Shown here in pieces: positions 8,407 through 17,879 of a DNA stretch of 64,000 nt (its first letter is position 1; every line of letters begins with the position of its first letter). The translations under genes were made by a program, and so were the position numbers. The stretch lies in contig DATEOC010000079.1 of assembly GCA_035274425.1 (NCBI GenBank), positions 8,030 to 72,029 on the forward strand. Reading direction: 5' to 3'. The stretch is from Chloroflexia bacterium. GTDB lineage: Bacteria; Chloroflexota; Chloroflexia; QHBQ01; JADMIH01. The notes beneath the pieces were generated by a model. That model searched no databases and was not told the DNA's origin. It saw only the letters and a program-made list of their open reading frames with translations.

Positions 8407-9450
8407 ATGAATTTGGACATGACTTTGACTGCGGAGCAAGCCTCGCGCTTCTCGCGCCTTGCATTGGAGGGAGTACGGCGGGAATACCCTAACAGCCCTG
8501 GGCACGTCCTCAATGGGCCGGAGGAGATGCAAAGCCCACGCAAGTTACACCCCGCCTTCTACGGGTGCTTCGATTGGCACTCTTCGGTCCATAGTCATTG
8601 GATGCTGGTGCGTCTGCTGCGCACACTGCCCAAACTGCCGGAAGCGAGCGAGATACGCTCCGCGCTGGCTGAGAATCTTACTGAAGAGAACTTGCTCACC
8701 GAAAAGGCATATCTCGAACAGCCGAACCGCCGCTCCTTCGAGCGTATGTATGGCTGGGCTTGGCTACTGAAGCTGGCCGAAGAACTACAGGCGTGGAACG
8801 ATCTGGACGGCAAGAAATGGTCGCGCAATCTGCAGCCCCTGGCTGATACCATCGTGCAACGCTACACGGACTTCCTGCCCAGGCAAACATACCCCATCCG
8901 CGTGGGCACGCACAGCAATACAGCCTTCGGCCTGACCTTCGCGCTAGACTATGCGCGAAGCGTAGGAGATAGAAAACTGGAAGAGCTAATAGTGAGGCGC
9001 ACCTATACCTATTTTTCAAAGGACAGAGATTGCCCGGCAGCATGGGAGCCGGGCGGAAATGATTTTCTCTCCCCCTGCCTTATAGAAGCTGACTTAATGC
9101 GCCGCATTCTCTTACCTGTGGAGTTCCGCTCCTGGGTAGGTCGATTCTTGCCGGGACTACGCAACCGTAAGCCACAGAAACTCTTCCGACCCGCCACAGT
9201 CGCTGACCGCACCGACCCCCAGATAGTACACCTCGACGGCCTGAACCTCAGCCGCGCCTGGTGTATGCTCGGTATAGCCTCCTCTTTTGCACCGGACGAC
9301 CCCTCTCACCGCGTGCTGACCAGGTCTGCTCAATCGCACGCGCAAGCCGCGCTGCCACACATTACCAGCGGAGACTACATGGGCGAGCATTGGCTGGCTT
9401 CGTTCGCCGTGTATATGCTTTCCACGCCTGTAACTTATAGTAATCGCTAG
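8407..9450 (+). CDS. DUF2891-family protein
   Basis: ASRFSRLALEGVRREYPNSPGHVLNGPEEMQSPRKLHPAFYGCFDWHSSVHSHWMLVRLL matches my recollection of the DUF2891 signature. ATG 8407 follows GGGGAGG. Confidence 0.55.
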   Translation: MNLDMTLTAEQASRFSRLALEGVRREYPNSPGHVLNGPEEMQSPRKLHPAFYGCFDWHSSVHSHWMLVRLLRTLPKLPEASEIRSALAENLTEENLLTEKAYLEQPNRRSFERMYGWAWLLKLAEELQAWNDLDGKKWSRNLQPLADTIVQRYTDFLPRQTYPIRVGTHSNTAFGLTFALDYARSVGDRKLEELIVRRTYTYFSKDRDCPAAWEPGGNDFLSPCLIEADLMRRILLPVEFRSWVGRFLPGLRNRKPQKLFRPATVADRTDPQIVHLDGLNLSRAWCMLGIASSFAPDDPSHRVLTRSAQSHAQAALPHITSGDYMGEHWLASFAVYMLSTPVTYSNR

Positions 9451-9490
9451 CTCTGTTTTAACCTCCATCCACCACCCCAATTAGGGAGTT

Positions 9491-9545
9491 TGAAAAGGAT
9501 AAAATGAAGGGTCGGCTGCGCCGACCCTTCATTTTATCCTTTTCA
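9491..9545 (+). terminator. Long perfect hairpin (GAAAAG...CGGC-TGC-GCCG...CTTTTC family), probable intrinsic terminator
   Basis: tgaaaaggataaaatgaagggtcggc-tgc-gccgacccttcattttatccttttca, a 26-bp perfect stem 41 nt after the DUF2891 stop. Confidence 0.7.
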
Positions 9546-9958
9546 AGAGGTTATAGGCGCGTTTGTATATCTGGTAAAAATTCGGGAGGTCTCATATTGC
9601 CCCTGAAGGGCCGAAACGAAATGTATTTATCTCACGTAAATATAGTCCCTAACTAATACGCGACCTTGCGGTTCTCTCTTGACATACTAAAGCCTCCTTT
9701 GGCTCAGGTGAGGGGTTCACAATGTATTCGCTTCCCTGATCCTGGGTGGGATAAGGTCAACACTTTCGTGTTATATATTTACCTCAGAATCAATGAGTGC
9801 AGAAATACTATACTTCACCCAGGTTAAGTCTCTTGGATTTCAACGCCTCAATAAACGTCTAAAATTATGGCTTTTCCTCGCATTTAGGTGGTACGAATCC
9901 TTGCGGATACGCTTATATAGGGGAGAGGGATCATTCACCCTCCTACTAGGAGGCCATT

Positions 9959-10702
9959 ATGGACAGAGGAGACAGTGATTATCCGTCGGACTCTGGCGGT
10001 ATCGACGATGAAGACGAGACCGATTACTCTAAAGAGACTCCCACTCAACAGCCGGGTGATAAATGGGGGCGCTTGTTCACCCTAATCCCATTTATTCAGA
10101 AGGAGCAACTTGCAGGGAATGGTCAGAGTCAAGCCGTAAAGGATGCAATAGCTGAGCTATATACGATCTGTTATCCTACGCTCTATAGTGTCGCGTTTGG
10201 GGGACTAACGGGGGTCACATACCCAATTGAGGACCTGCGGTACTTGGCAGAATCCCTTGCTTTAGAGCAGATAACCGAATTTGTCGTTACACAGCTCCTT
10301 AATGGAAGTTTCAAATTCGAAGACGCCCACAAAGCTATGGGTTTCCTTTGCCAGGGTGTTAGGTGGGCGGCAGAGAAAGCAAGGAAACCCATCTGTAGAG
10401 TGGTATCCTTAGAGGATCTTCTTAGGCACGGTCGTGGTCCAGTTGTGGAGGACGCAAACCTCTCTAGGGTAGAGTTGAAGCAGTTGCCTTTAGCCAGGCT
10501 AATGAAGCAAGCAAAGCTAACACCTCGCGAGGTGAAGGTGATTCTCTATACCTACTTTGATGATCGAAGGACTAAGGAGATCGCAGAACGCATACATACG
10601 ACACCTGAACAGGTAAGGCATATACGCTCACGCGCTGTTCACAAGCTGAGGAAAGTGATATCCAAGGATGGGCAGGACGGCTGGCGAATAATGGGTCTAT
10701 GA
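9959..10702 (+). CDS. Sigma-70-family (ECF-like) sigma factor homologue with acidic N-terminal extension
   Basis: The C-terminus LTPREVKVILYTYFDDRRTKEIAERIHTTPEQVRHIRSRAVHKLRK is a clear region-4.2 HTH. Region 2 is only weakly recognisable. AGGAGG lies 7 nt upstream of the ATG. The context is AT-rich. Confidence 0.5.
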   Translation: MDRGDSDYPSDSGGIDDEDETDYSKETPTQQPGDKWGRLFTLIPFIQKEQLAGNGQSQAVKDAIAELYTICYPTLYSVAFGGLTGVTYPIEDLRYLAESLALEQITEFVVTQLLNGSFKFEDAHKAMGFLCQGVRWAAEKARKPICRVVSLEDLLRHGRGPVVEDANLSRVELKQLPLARLMKQAKLTPREVKVILYTYFDDRRTKEIAERIHTTPEQVRHIRSRAVHKLRKVISKDGQDGWRIMGL

Positions 10703-10831
10703 GATGCTCTGGATAGGTATCAGTGGCTCGATTACTACTCATTCTTCGTTGGCCAAGCTCCAAGCTTACGCATCAGCCATTCTTTGGATATAAGTTACTA
10801 GAAGCTATCTCGAAAGCACCAGAATAACCTC

Positions 10832-10860
10832 GTAGGGGCGTGCCAGCGGCACGCCCCTAC
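10832..10860. repeat. GTAGGGGC...GCCCCTAC palindrome, probable bidirectional terminator between convergent genes
   Basis: gtaggggcgtgcc-agc-ggcacgcccctac, a 13-bp perfect stem. A near-identical copy lies at 37041-37069. Confidence 0.8.
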
Positions 10861-10919
10861 ACCTATCATTACCATTTTTGAGATGACTTCTAGCTAGTGT
10901 TCGGTGAGAATGCGACAAG

Positions 10920-12227
10920 TTACGGAAGGTTCTCGCACGCCACTCCATCATTATCACCATCCAGGCGATGCGGGTCTTGCTCAGGCCCACCGGCTGCGAT
11001 GAAGAAAGCCTGAGCTTCGGCTTGCGTGGCGAAGTCGGCGCAATCACGGTCTGGGCCGTTGGGATCGTAGCGCAGCCCGGTAGTGGCTGTTGGCTGAGAT
11101 GCCTGGGTAGCCGTAGGCGGCGAGCTGGTAGGGGTCAATTGCGGTTCCGGCGATGAGTGCGGTGTAGGAGAAGGAGCAGGCTGCATTGGGAGTGAGGTAG
11201 GCTGCGATGTAGTTGTAGGTGTAGGGGCGTAACGAATTGTAGGAGTTGGCATAGATGACGGCCCTGTGCCAACTCCTATGGCTGTGTTGGTAGGGATGGT
11301 AGCTGGTGATGGACGCTTTGTTGGCGCCGGCGCTGACACAGATGGTGTAGGTGAGCGCACAGGTGTAGGGTTTGGGCGAACAGTAGGAGATACCATGCTG
11401 GCGGTGGGACTCTTCACAGGCACAGTAGATGTTACAATGAGTTGAGTTGGCGAGGGAATAAACACTGTAGGAGAAGGTGGCATTTCCGTAGGGAGAGGCG
11501 CGCCAAAAGCGCCACATACTCCCCATAAACCACGCCCCTGGACCTGCGCATCGTGTTCTATAGTCAAGAAGCGGTCTTCATGCCTGGTATCGGGTGGAGA
11601 AATAGCGGCTTTAGCATAACCTCCAACCAACATAGCCTCATTGAGCATCTGCTTACCGGCGGGTAACTCCAGCCAAACGTAGCGCAGCAGTCTCCCGGCG
11701 CGGTCCATCTCTGATACGTCTCGTTCAAGCCACACCCGCCGACCCGACTCGTCCACCATCTTCTGCGCTTGCTCCGATGCCTCCCGCCCGAAGCATACAG
11801 GTTTTGGAGTAATGCCGGGAGCGTCCACGCCTGACAACCTGACTATCACCGCCCAACCATCTAACCCTACCTCTAACGTATCACCATCTACCACGCGAAT
11901 TACAATTGCTTCAACCAACGCGCTAGGAGGAGCGGTAGAGACCGAGGCTGCCGAGGTTGGCGATCTGGGTGTAGTCACTTTGGGGTCTTGGGCAGGCCGA
12001 GTTGCTGAGTACAGAGTAACTGTCGCAGTTGGGGATGCAGTAATTTGAGCAGATGGAATAGATTGCTTGAGCAGCAGAGGTATAACGACAGCACCTGTTC
12101 CAAGTACGAACAGCCCGACACCCAACAAAGCCCAGCGCGATTTCGCGCCTGCCATAGAGCGGGCGCGTGAGACGCGTGTGGCGGGAGGCTTCTCCCTGTG
12201 TGACTCGGATGGCTGTGCCATAGCCAC
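10920..12227 (-). CDS. Membrane-anchored/secreted thermonuclease (SNase) with P/T/S-rich linker and C-terminal Excalibur Ca-binding domain
   Basis: SNase core [12 protein letters not shown]...[10 protein letters not shown]...GRLLRYVWL...[12 protein letters not shown]...[10 protein letters not shown]. The C-terminus is [40 protein letters not shown]. There is an N-terminal TM helix. Confidence 0.85.
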   Translation of the reverse strand: MAMAQPSESHREKPPATRVSRARSMAGAKSRWALLGVGLFVLGTGAVVIPLLLKQSIPSAQITASPTATVTLYSATRPAQDPKVTTPRSPTSAASVSTAPPSALVEAIVIRVVDGDTLEVGLDGWAVIVRLSGVDAPGITPKPVCFGREASEQAQKMVDESGRRVWLERDVSEMDRAGRLLRYVWLELPAGKQMLNEAMLVGGYAKAAISPPDTRHEDRFLTIEHDAQVQGRGLWGVCGAFGAPLPTEMPPSPTVFIPSPTQLIVTSTVPVKSPTASMVSPTVRPNPTPVRSPTPSVSAPAPTKRPSPATIPTNTAIGVGTGPSSMPTPTIRYAPTPTTTSQPTSLPMQPAPSPTPHSSPEPQLTPTSSPPTATQASQPTATTGLRYDPNGPDRDCADFATQAEAQAFFIAAGGPEQDPHRLDGDNDGVACENLP

Positions 12228-12240
12228 CTACTCTTAAATT

Positions 12241-12699
12241 CTATATTACACTACGTACCAGGCGGAGCAAGAAATGGGCGAAGGTCGAATTCACTACCTC
12301 GAAGGTTTGCTCCTCGAAAGTGAGGTCGGGTATCCACTGCACGACCGGGCACTCGTTATCGTCGTTCAGACGGGAGGTAGCCAGGCAGAGGATATCTCCC
12401 TCTCCCGTATCTTGTATCACGACGAGGTCGCCGGGGAAGAAGTCGTCGGCCCCGCGCAGGGCATCGGTGGCCCACACTACGTTGGGAAGGCTCGTGTCGG
12501 GCACGCCCAAACCGTACACATCCCTACCTCCGAACGACCCCGCGCCATAGCGCTGCAAGAACTCCCTGTAGGAGTCGGGGAAGCGCACGCCAAGATAGCC
12601 TTCCGCCACCCATACCTCCTCAAAAGGCACAGGCCCCACGAAGTTCGCCAGGTCATAGTTTGCGTCTATAATGTCGGCAGCTTTAGTGATACTAACCAT
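12241..12699 (-). CDS. SMI1/KNR4 (SUKH-1) family protein
   Basis: LGVRFPDSYREFLQRYGAGSFGGRDVYGLG...VVIQDTGEGDILCL. Start taken at MVSITKAADI (12699) because the track start at 12741 would overlap rnj. Confidence 0.7.
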   Translation of the reverse strand: MVSITKAADIIDANYDLANFVGPVPFEEVWVAEGYLGVRFPDSYREFLQRYGAGSFGGRDVYGLGVPDTSLPNVVWATDALRGADDFFPGDLVVIQDTGEGDILCLATSRLNDDNECPVVQWIPDLTFEEQTFEVVNSTFAHFLLRLVRSVI

Positions 12700-12727
12700 G
12701 AGAGAATTATAAGGGAAAAAGGATATT

Positions 12728-14434
12728 TTATACTTCCACAACTACGGGTAGCACCATCGGTCTACGGCGGGTCTGCTCGTACAGGTACTGGCTGGCGGCG
12801 TCACGTATCTTCTTGTTGAGGTAGTTCCAGTCAGGGGCCATCGTCGCATGGCGGTTGAGTCCATCAACGGCAGCGCGGATACGCTCTTTGGTCTCATCGA
12901 GGAGCGCGCCCGCTTCGGCGGCGTATACGAACCCACGTGTCACTATATCCGGCCCCGCGACAAGCTCACCGCTCTGCTTGTCTACCGTCACGACCACCAG
13001 AAGTACTCCGTCGCGGGCAAGTAGCTGGCGGTCACGTATAACCACCTGCCCGATGTCACCCACGCTCACCCCATCTACGAAGACGTTGGTAGCGGGCACG
13101 CGGCCTGTGACAGTAATCTCATCCTCGTCCAACTCAACTACATAGCCATTATCTACCAGCAGGATATTGTCTTTAGGCATCCCGACGGATTGGGCCAGCT
13201 TCTGGTATGTAATCAGATGGCGGCGCTCACCGTGTATGGGCACCACGTACTTGGGTCGGAGCAGGTTGAGCATCAGCCTATGCTCCTCCTGGCTGGCGTG
13301 GCCCGATACGTGGACGGGGGCAACCGCACTGTATATAACCTCCGCGCCCTGGCTGAAGAGGTTGTTGATAACGCGTCCCACGCTCGTCTCGTTGCCAGGT
13401 ATGGGGGTAGCCGACAGGATGTAGATGTCGCCCTCCTTGACGTTCCAGTGGCGGCTATCATCATTGGCTATGCGCGATAAGGCGGAGGTCGGCTCACCTT
13501 GCGCGCCTGTGCATATCACCAACACCTCGTTGTCGTATAGCTTCGATGTCTCAGCTACCTCAATAAGGAGCCCTGGTGGGACATTAAGGTAGCCCAATTC
13601 CGCAGCTACCTGCACGTTGTTGTGCAGGCTGCGCCCCAGTAGCGCCACGCGGCGGTTGTACTTATACCCTATGTCCATTATCTGCTGCACGCGTGAGATA
13701 AGGGAGGCAAATGTGGCGATAATCACTCGCCCAGGCGCATTAGCGATGATGGGGTCAAGGTTCCTGCCCACCACGCGCTCGGAGGGGGTGTAGCCGGGGG
13801 TCTCAACATGTACGCAATCGGTGAATAGACCAAGCACGCCCTCGCGCCCCAGCCTGGCGAGAGCTTCGTAATCACTCAACTGGTCATCCACCGGCGTGGG
13901 GTCTAACTTGAAATCTCCAGTGTGGATGATGGTTCCCAGGGGGGTATGGATCGCCAGGAGGCACGCATCGGGTATGGAGTGGCACATGTGAACGAATTCG
14001 ACGCGGAATGCGCCCAGGGTAATCACGTCACCCGCCTGTACCGTGTTCAGTTCGGCTTGCTGGAGGAGACCGCGTTCTTTCAGCTTGTTCGAAATGAGGC
14101 CGAGGGTGAGAGGTGTGCCGTAGATGGGCGCGTCAAGCTGGGGTAGGAGCCAGGGAAGACCGCCAATATGGTCCTCATGTCCATGCGTGATGCATATGCC
14201 GCGTATCCGGTCTTTCTTGCCATCAAGGTAGGAGATGTCGGGCAGCACGAGGTCTACGCCAAACATCTCCTCTTCGGGGAAGCCCATCCCCACGTCTATG
14301 ATGATTATGTCTTCGCCGTATTCGACTACGGACATGTTTTTACCGACTTCGCCGAGGCCGCCGATAGGTATGAAGCGAATGCGCTCTGTCGTAGGCTGTG
14401 GGTCTATGTAATCGGGTTGAAGTTGTACTGCCAA
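12728..14434 (-). CDS. rnj: Ribonuclease J
   Basis: IRFIPIGGLGEVGKNMSVVEYGEDIIIIDVGMGFP...ICITHGHEDHIGGLPWLL...HVSGHASQEE indicates a beta-CASP metallo-beta-lactamase RNase J architecture. Confidence 0.9.
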   Translation of the reverse strand: MAVQLQPDYIDPQPTTERIRFIPIGGLGEVGKNMSVVEYGEDIIIIDVGMGFPEEEMFGVDLVLPDISYLDGKKDRIRGICITHGHEDHIGGLPWLLPQLDAPIYGTPLTLGLISNKLKERGLLQQAELNTVQAGDVITLGAFRVEFVHMCHSIPDACLLAIHTPLGTIIHTGDFKLDPTPVDDQLSDYEALARLGREGVLGLFTDCVHVETPGYTPSERVVGRNLDPIIANAPGRVIIATFASLISRVQQIMDIGYKYNRRVALLGRSLHNNVQVAAELGYLNVPPGLLIEVAETSKLYDNEVLVICTGAQGEPTSALSRIANDDSRHWNVKEGDIYILSATPIPGNETSVGRVINNLFSQGAEVIYSAVAPVHVSGHASQEEHRLMLNLLRPKYVVPIHGERRHLITYQKLAQSVGMPKDNILLVDNGYVVELDEDEITVTGRVPATNVFVDGVSVGDIGQVVIRDRQLLARDGVLLVVVTVDKQSGELVAGPDIVTRGFVYAAEAGALLDETKERIRAAVDGLNRHATMAPDWNYLNKKIRDAASQYLYEQTRRRPMVLPVVVEV

Positions 14435-14467
14435 AAGGGTCTCCTAGGGGTAATTACGAGTTATGAG

Positions 14468-15127
14468 TTACGAGTTATGAGGTTGGGGTAAGTGCGAGGT
14501 GATTTCGTTGAGGAGGTCGTTCCTGCACTCTATGCCTCCGTAGAGGGGGAGGGAAGCTCCATGCGATAGCTTGTGCAGGATGCGAGCCAGAGGGTTCTGT
14601 ATTTGATTGATGCGGTCGGGTGTGTTGAGGAGTCGTGTATCAGGTTCGGTATCATCTTCACTTGGGGCCGCGTCGGCGGTATCATGGGCAGATTCGTCTT
14701 TATCGTCGCCCAGGAAGAAGCGGGCTATCTTACCCTTGCGGCCTGTAGCCTGGAAGTCCGATAACTCCTCCCATTTGTAGAGGAGGTCGATGCCCATGAG
14801 TGAGCAGTAGCGAATGCCACTTTCGCTGGTGGTGATACGACTGTTTGCTTCCTCCAGTAAAGCCCAACCTACTACGGGAGCCACCAGCACGATGCCCAGC
14901 ATCAACACCGCCGACACCCACTCTATGCCGCTCAATCCTCCGTCGAAGAGGGTTATCAGGCTCCAGACAGCGAACAGCCACAGAGTCGCTACGCCGAGTA
15001 GCAATACAATGGCTTGCCGCCGACCTTCCGGAGAGATAGGGTAGTCGTTTGCGTTGGTGCCTGCCGGGATATTTTGTGGTGATGCAGTTGTGGCGGCCCC
15101 TGTGGCCGCGATGTCCGATTCGGTCAA
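14468..15127 (-). CDS. Hypothetical membrane protein
   Basis: Two TM helices (AIVLLLGVATLWLFAVWSLITLF and WVSAVLMLGIVLVAPVVGWALL). Start moved to the in-frame TTG at 15127 (GAGGG 4 nt upstream) because the ATG at 15223 would overlap the UDG gene by 89 nt. Confidence 0.45.
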   Translation of the reverse strand: MTESDIAATGAATTASPQNIPAGTNANDYPISPEGRRQAIVLLLGVATLWLFAVWSLITLFDGGLSGIEWVSAVLMLGIVLVAPVVGWALLEEANSRITTSESGIRYCSLMGIDLLYKWEELSDFQATGRKGKIARFFLGDDKDESAHDTADAAPSEDDTEPDTRLLNTPDRINQIQNPLARILHKLSHGASLPLYGGIECRNDLLNEITSHLPQPHNS

Positions 15128-15134
15128 GTAACCC

Positions 15135-15938
15135 TCACGTATCGAAGAACGAAAGCTGTTTGTACTCTGCCCCTTTTTCGGAGGCTTTCTTGCGCCGGGA
15201 AGCAGGCGCAGGCGCGACCTCACTTTCTGGAGCGGCTACGGCCTGCACCTCGACAGGTGGAGTGGGTATCTCTGCCTTGTAAGCCGCAGACTCCTCCAAA
15301 ACGGCGGAGGTCTCAGGCTCATACACGACTGCCTCACGCGCCTCCTCGGCTTCTGCAACCTGCTCGGCGGCTACCTCAATAGGTGGCCTGGTCATCAGCC
15401 GCGCCTGCTCGACAAAGATAGGGAGCTTGCGGAAGTCGGAGCGAATGACATCAGCGAGACTTGCCTGGTGCAGACCCGCTGCGGGGTGGTACATCGCCAC
15501 GCACATACGGCCATCAACCATGCGGGCGGTGCCGTGTATCTGGCTGATACGCTCTCCGGGAAAGAACTGAGCCATCGAGTAGCGGCCCAGCGTGACTATA
15601 ATACGGGGGTTGATGAGGGCCATCTGCCGCGCAAGGTATGGAGCACAGGCTGCTATCTCATCAGGCATGGGGTCGCGGTTCTGGGGCGGCCTGCATTTCA
15701 CCACGTTCGCTATATAGACGCTCTCCCTTGACAGCCCCGCGATGCCCAACAATTCATTCAGGAATTGGCCCGCCGCACCAACAAATGGGCGGCCCTGCTT
15801 GTCCTCATGGTAGCCGGGGCCTTCCCCGATGAACATCACCTCAGCCCGTACATCCCCCTCGCCCGGCACAGCTTTGGTACGGGTCTTGGCGAGGCGGCAC
15901 AACTGGCAGGTACGAACCTGCCCCTCCAGTTCCTTCAT
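15135..15938 (-). CDS. Uracil-DNA glycosylase, family 4 (4Fe-4S type) with C-terminal extension
   Basis: CQLCRLAKTRTKAVPGEGDVRAEVMFIGEGPGYHEDKQGRPFVGAAGQFLNELL...ANVVKCRPPQNRDP...HPAA. Start taken at MKELEG. Confidence 0.85.
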   Translation of the reverse strand: MKELEGQVRTCQLCRLAKTRTKAVPGEGDVRAEVMFIGEGPGYHEDKQGRPFVGAAGQFLNELLGIAGLSRESVYIANVVKCRPPQNRDPMPDEIAACAPYLARQMALINPRIIVTLGRYSMAQFFPGERISQIHGTARMVDGRMCVAMYHPAAGLHQASLADVIRSDFRKLPIFVEQARLMTRPPIEVAAEQVAEAEEAREAVVYEPETSAVLEESAAYKAEIPTPPVEVQAVAAPESEVAPAPASRRKKASEKGAEYKQLSFFDT

Positions 15939-16063
15939 GCCGGCCTCTGCTTGTGCCAAGCCTTTACCCTCACGTCTTGCTATGGTGTAGGTAACTGTCC
16001 TGAAACTGATTATACGCCATGAGGTAAGAGGCGGCAACTACGAACCGCAGCCGGCTACAGTAT

Positions 16064-16420
16064 CTAGTGATCGTCTTCGTGAGCTAAAATATCAGCAATT
16101 GAGCGTTGCAGAGCAGGTAGTTTGTTCTGAACGATGTCCCAGATTCGGTCTAAATCAACCACGAAATATTGATGGGCAAGCACAGCCCGTAGACCCGTTA
16201 TCTTACGCTATTCCACCTCCGGATATTTGGTTCTAATATCCTCTGGAACGCGTTTAGTTGCCTCTCCGATGACCCGGAGATAATGCAGAACCGCGCCAAC
16301 CATCATGTCATTGGCTCTAAACTCTTCAAAGGCGACGCGATCTGTAAATCGGTTTATTATCTGAGCAGCCTCGATTATATCTTCGAGATATTGTCTATAC
16401 GTTCGGGGCATAAACGACAT
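16064..16420 (-). pseudogene. hepT: HepT (DUF86/HEPN) toxin gene interrupted by an in-frame TAG
   Basis: The ORF ends ...TKYPEVE then TAG (16210-16208). The same frame continues RKITGLRAVLAHQYFVVDLDRIWDIVQNKLPALQRSIADILAHEDDH to a stop at 16066-16064. The Rx4HxY HEPN motif lies after the premature stop, and the TAG sits where family members have Trp (TGG). Confidence 0.75.
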
Positions 16421-16718
16421 CTTCCATGATGTAGGGGCGTAACCTGGGCTTGATGTCCTTTTCCGGGACTAAGTCTACATTACACCCGAACAAATCCTCC
16501 AGGAAGAATTTCAGGTCCATGTAATCATCGAACGAGGGTCGCTCTAAAGTTACCAGGAAATCCATATCGCTATCAACTGTGGCCGTACCCTTGCGATATG
16601 ACCCAAACAATCCAATGTTCTGCACGCCCCAACGACGCAGTTCCTCTCGGTGTTGCGCTAAAGTGTCAAATATTTGTTGGGTGGTCCAGCGGGGAGAGCG
16701 AATATCAGTTCTCGGCAT
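16395..16718 (-). CDS. mntA: MntA-type nucleotidyltransferase antitoxin
   Basis: GLFGSYRKGTATVDSDMDFLVTL is a minimal nucleotidyltransferase motif. Overlaps the hepT start by 26 nt. Confidence 0.8.
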   Translation of the reverse strand: MPRTDIRSPRWTTQQIFDTLAQHREELRRWGVQNIGLFGSYRKGTATVDSDMDFLVTLERPSFDDYMDLKFFLEDLFGCNVDLVPEKDIKPRLRPYIMEDVVYAPNV

Positions 16719-16770
16719 ATCTCAACCCTATCTGTTTGGTATTCATTATCAAATTCAATATTACACTTAA

Positions 16771-17790
16771 TCACACCCTCTCCCGCCAGTAGTCAAGCAG
16801 ATCGTTCATCGTCTGCGTGAAGGGGATGGTGGGCTGCCAGCCGGTGGCGTCCATGAATTTGCTGGAGTCGGCCCAGAGGATCATCACGTCGGATGGGCGC
16901 AGGCGGGTGGGGTCTACGCGTACTTCGACCTGCACGCGGGAGAAGCTGAGGAGGGTGTCCAGCACCTCCTGCGCCGCTCGGGTAGTGCCTGAGCCGATAT
17001 TGTACACTTCGCCGGGCTTGCATTTTTCCAGGAGGAGCCAGTAGGCGCGCACCATGTCGCGCACGTCGGTGAAGTCGCGCTTGCTGCTGAGGTCACCAAC
17101 ATAGATGACCGGCTCCTGCACGCCCTTCTCAATGCGGGCTATCTGGCGGGCGAAAGTAGATGTGACGAAGTTTTCCCCACGACGTGGGCCTGTGTGGTTG
17201 AAGCCTCGAGAGACGATACTCTTCAGTCCGTAGCTCTGATGGTACTGGTAGGCGAGCATCTCCTGGGTCACCTTACTGACCGCGTAAGGGGAGAGGGGCC
17301 GCAGGGGGTTGCTTTCCTTCATCGGCACCTCGTCCGGGTAGACCATCCCGTACTCTTCGGACGAGCCCGCTATGTGGATGAGGGGGTCAATACCTGCCTG
17401 GCGCACAGCCTCAAATATATTTAGTTGCCCGATGATGTTGTCATGCAAGGTGGCTGCCGGGGCGTTCCAGGAAGTGGGGACGTGGCTTTGCGCGGCGAGG
17501 TGGAAGATGCGGTCCGGGCGAACCGAGGCGAGGAGCTTGTGGACGCTGAACGCGTCGAGCAGGTCGCAATCTACCAGGTTAATCTTGCCGGGCGCGAACG
17601 CCTTCTCCAGCGTGGAGACGCTGGCGACTCCAGGCTCCACCATGTGAAGCAGGTCGCGCACATCCTGTAGATGCTCAAGGCGGCTGCGGCGGCGGTAAAT
17701 GCCAAATATCTCCACGTCGGGTTGCGTAAGGGCGAACTCCGCCAGGTGGCTACCAGCAAAACCCGTTATGCCTGTGATAAGTATTCTCAA
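16771..17790 (-). CDS. NAD-dependent sugar-nucleotide epimerase/dehydratase (GDP-mannose 4,6-dehydratase / GDP-6-deoxy-4-keto-mannose reductase-like)
   Basis: ILITGITGFAGSHL Rossmann motif, LAAQSHV, SPYAVSK (YxxxK), NHTGPRRGENFV. TTG start with GGAGGA upstream. Confidence 0.7.
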   Translation of the reverse strand: MRILITGITGFAGSHLAEFALTQPDVEIFGIYRRRSRLEHLQDVRDLLHMVEPGVASVSTLEKAFAPGKINLVDCDLLDAFSVHKLLASVRPDRIFHLAAQSHVPTSWNAPAATLHDNIIGQLNIFEAVRQAGIDPLIHIAGSSEEYGMVYPDEVPMKESNPLRPLSPYAVSKVTQEMLAYQYHQSYGLKSIVSRGFNHTGPRRGENFVTSTFARQIARIEKGVQEPVIYVGDLSSKRDFTDVRDMVRAYWLLLEKCKPGEVYNIGSGTTRAAQEVLDTLLSFSRVQVEVRVDPTRLRPSDVMILWADSSKFMDATGWQPTIPFTQTMNDLLDYWRERV

Positions 17791-17879
17791 AAATAATCCT
17801 CCGAAACTTCGTTGTTTCTGTTACCTTCTATTATAGGTGAACACGTGCTATAGTCGCTACTTTATCCGATATAAGAGCA

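Noticed and set aside
8205-8543. Minus-strand ORFs (112, 86 and 65 aa) containing SRITHHA-like peptides between ftsK and the DUF2891 gene.
   Set aside because: They are translations of the GCGTGAT heptamer array and the promoter region. There is no SD or domain signal.
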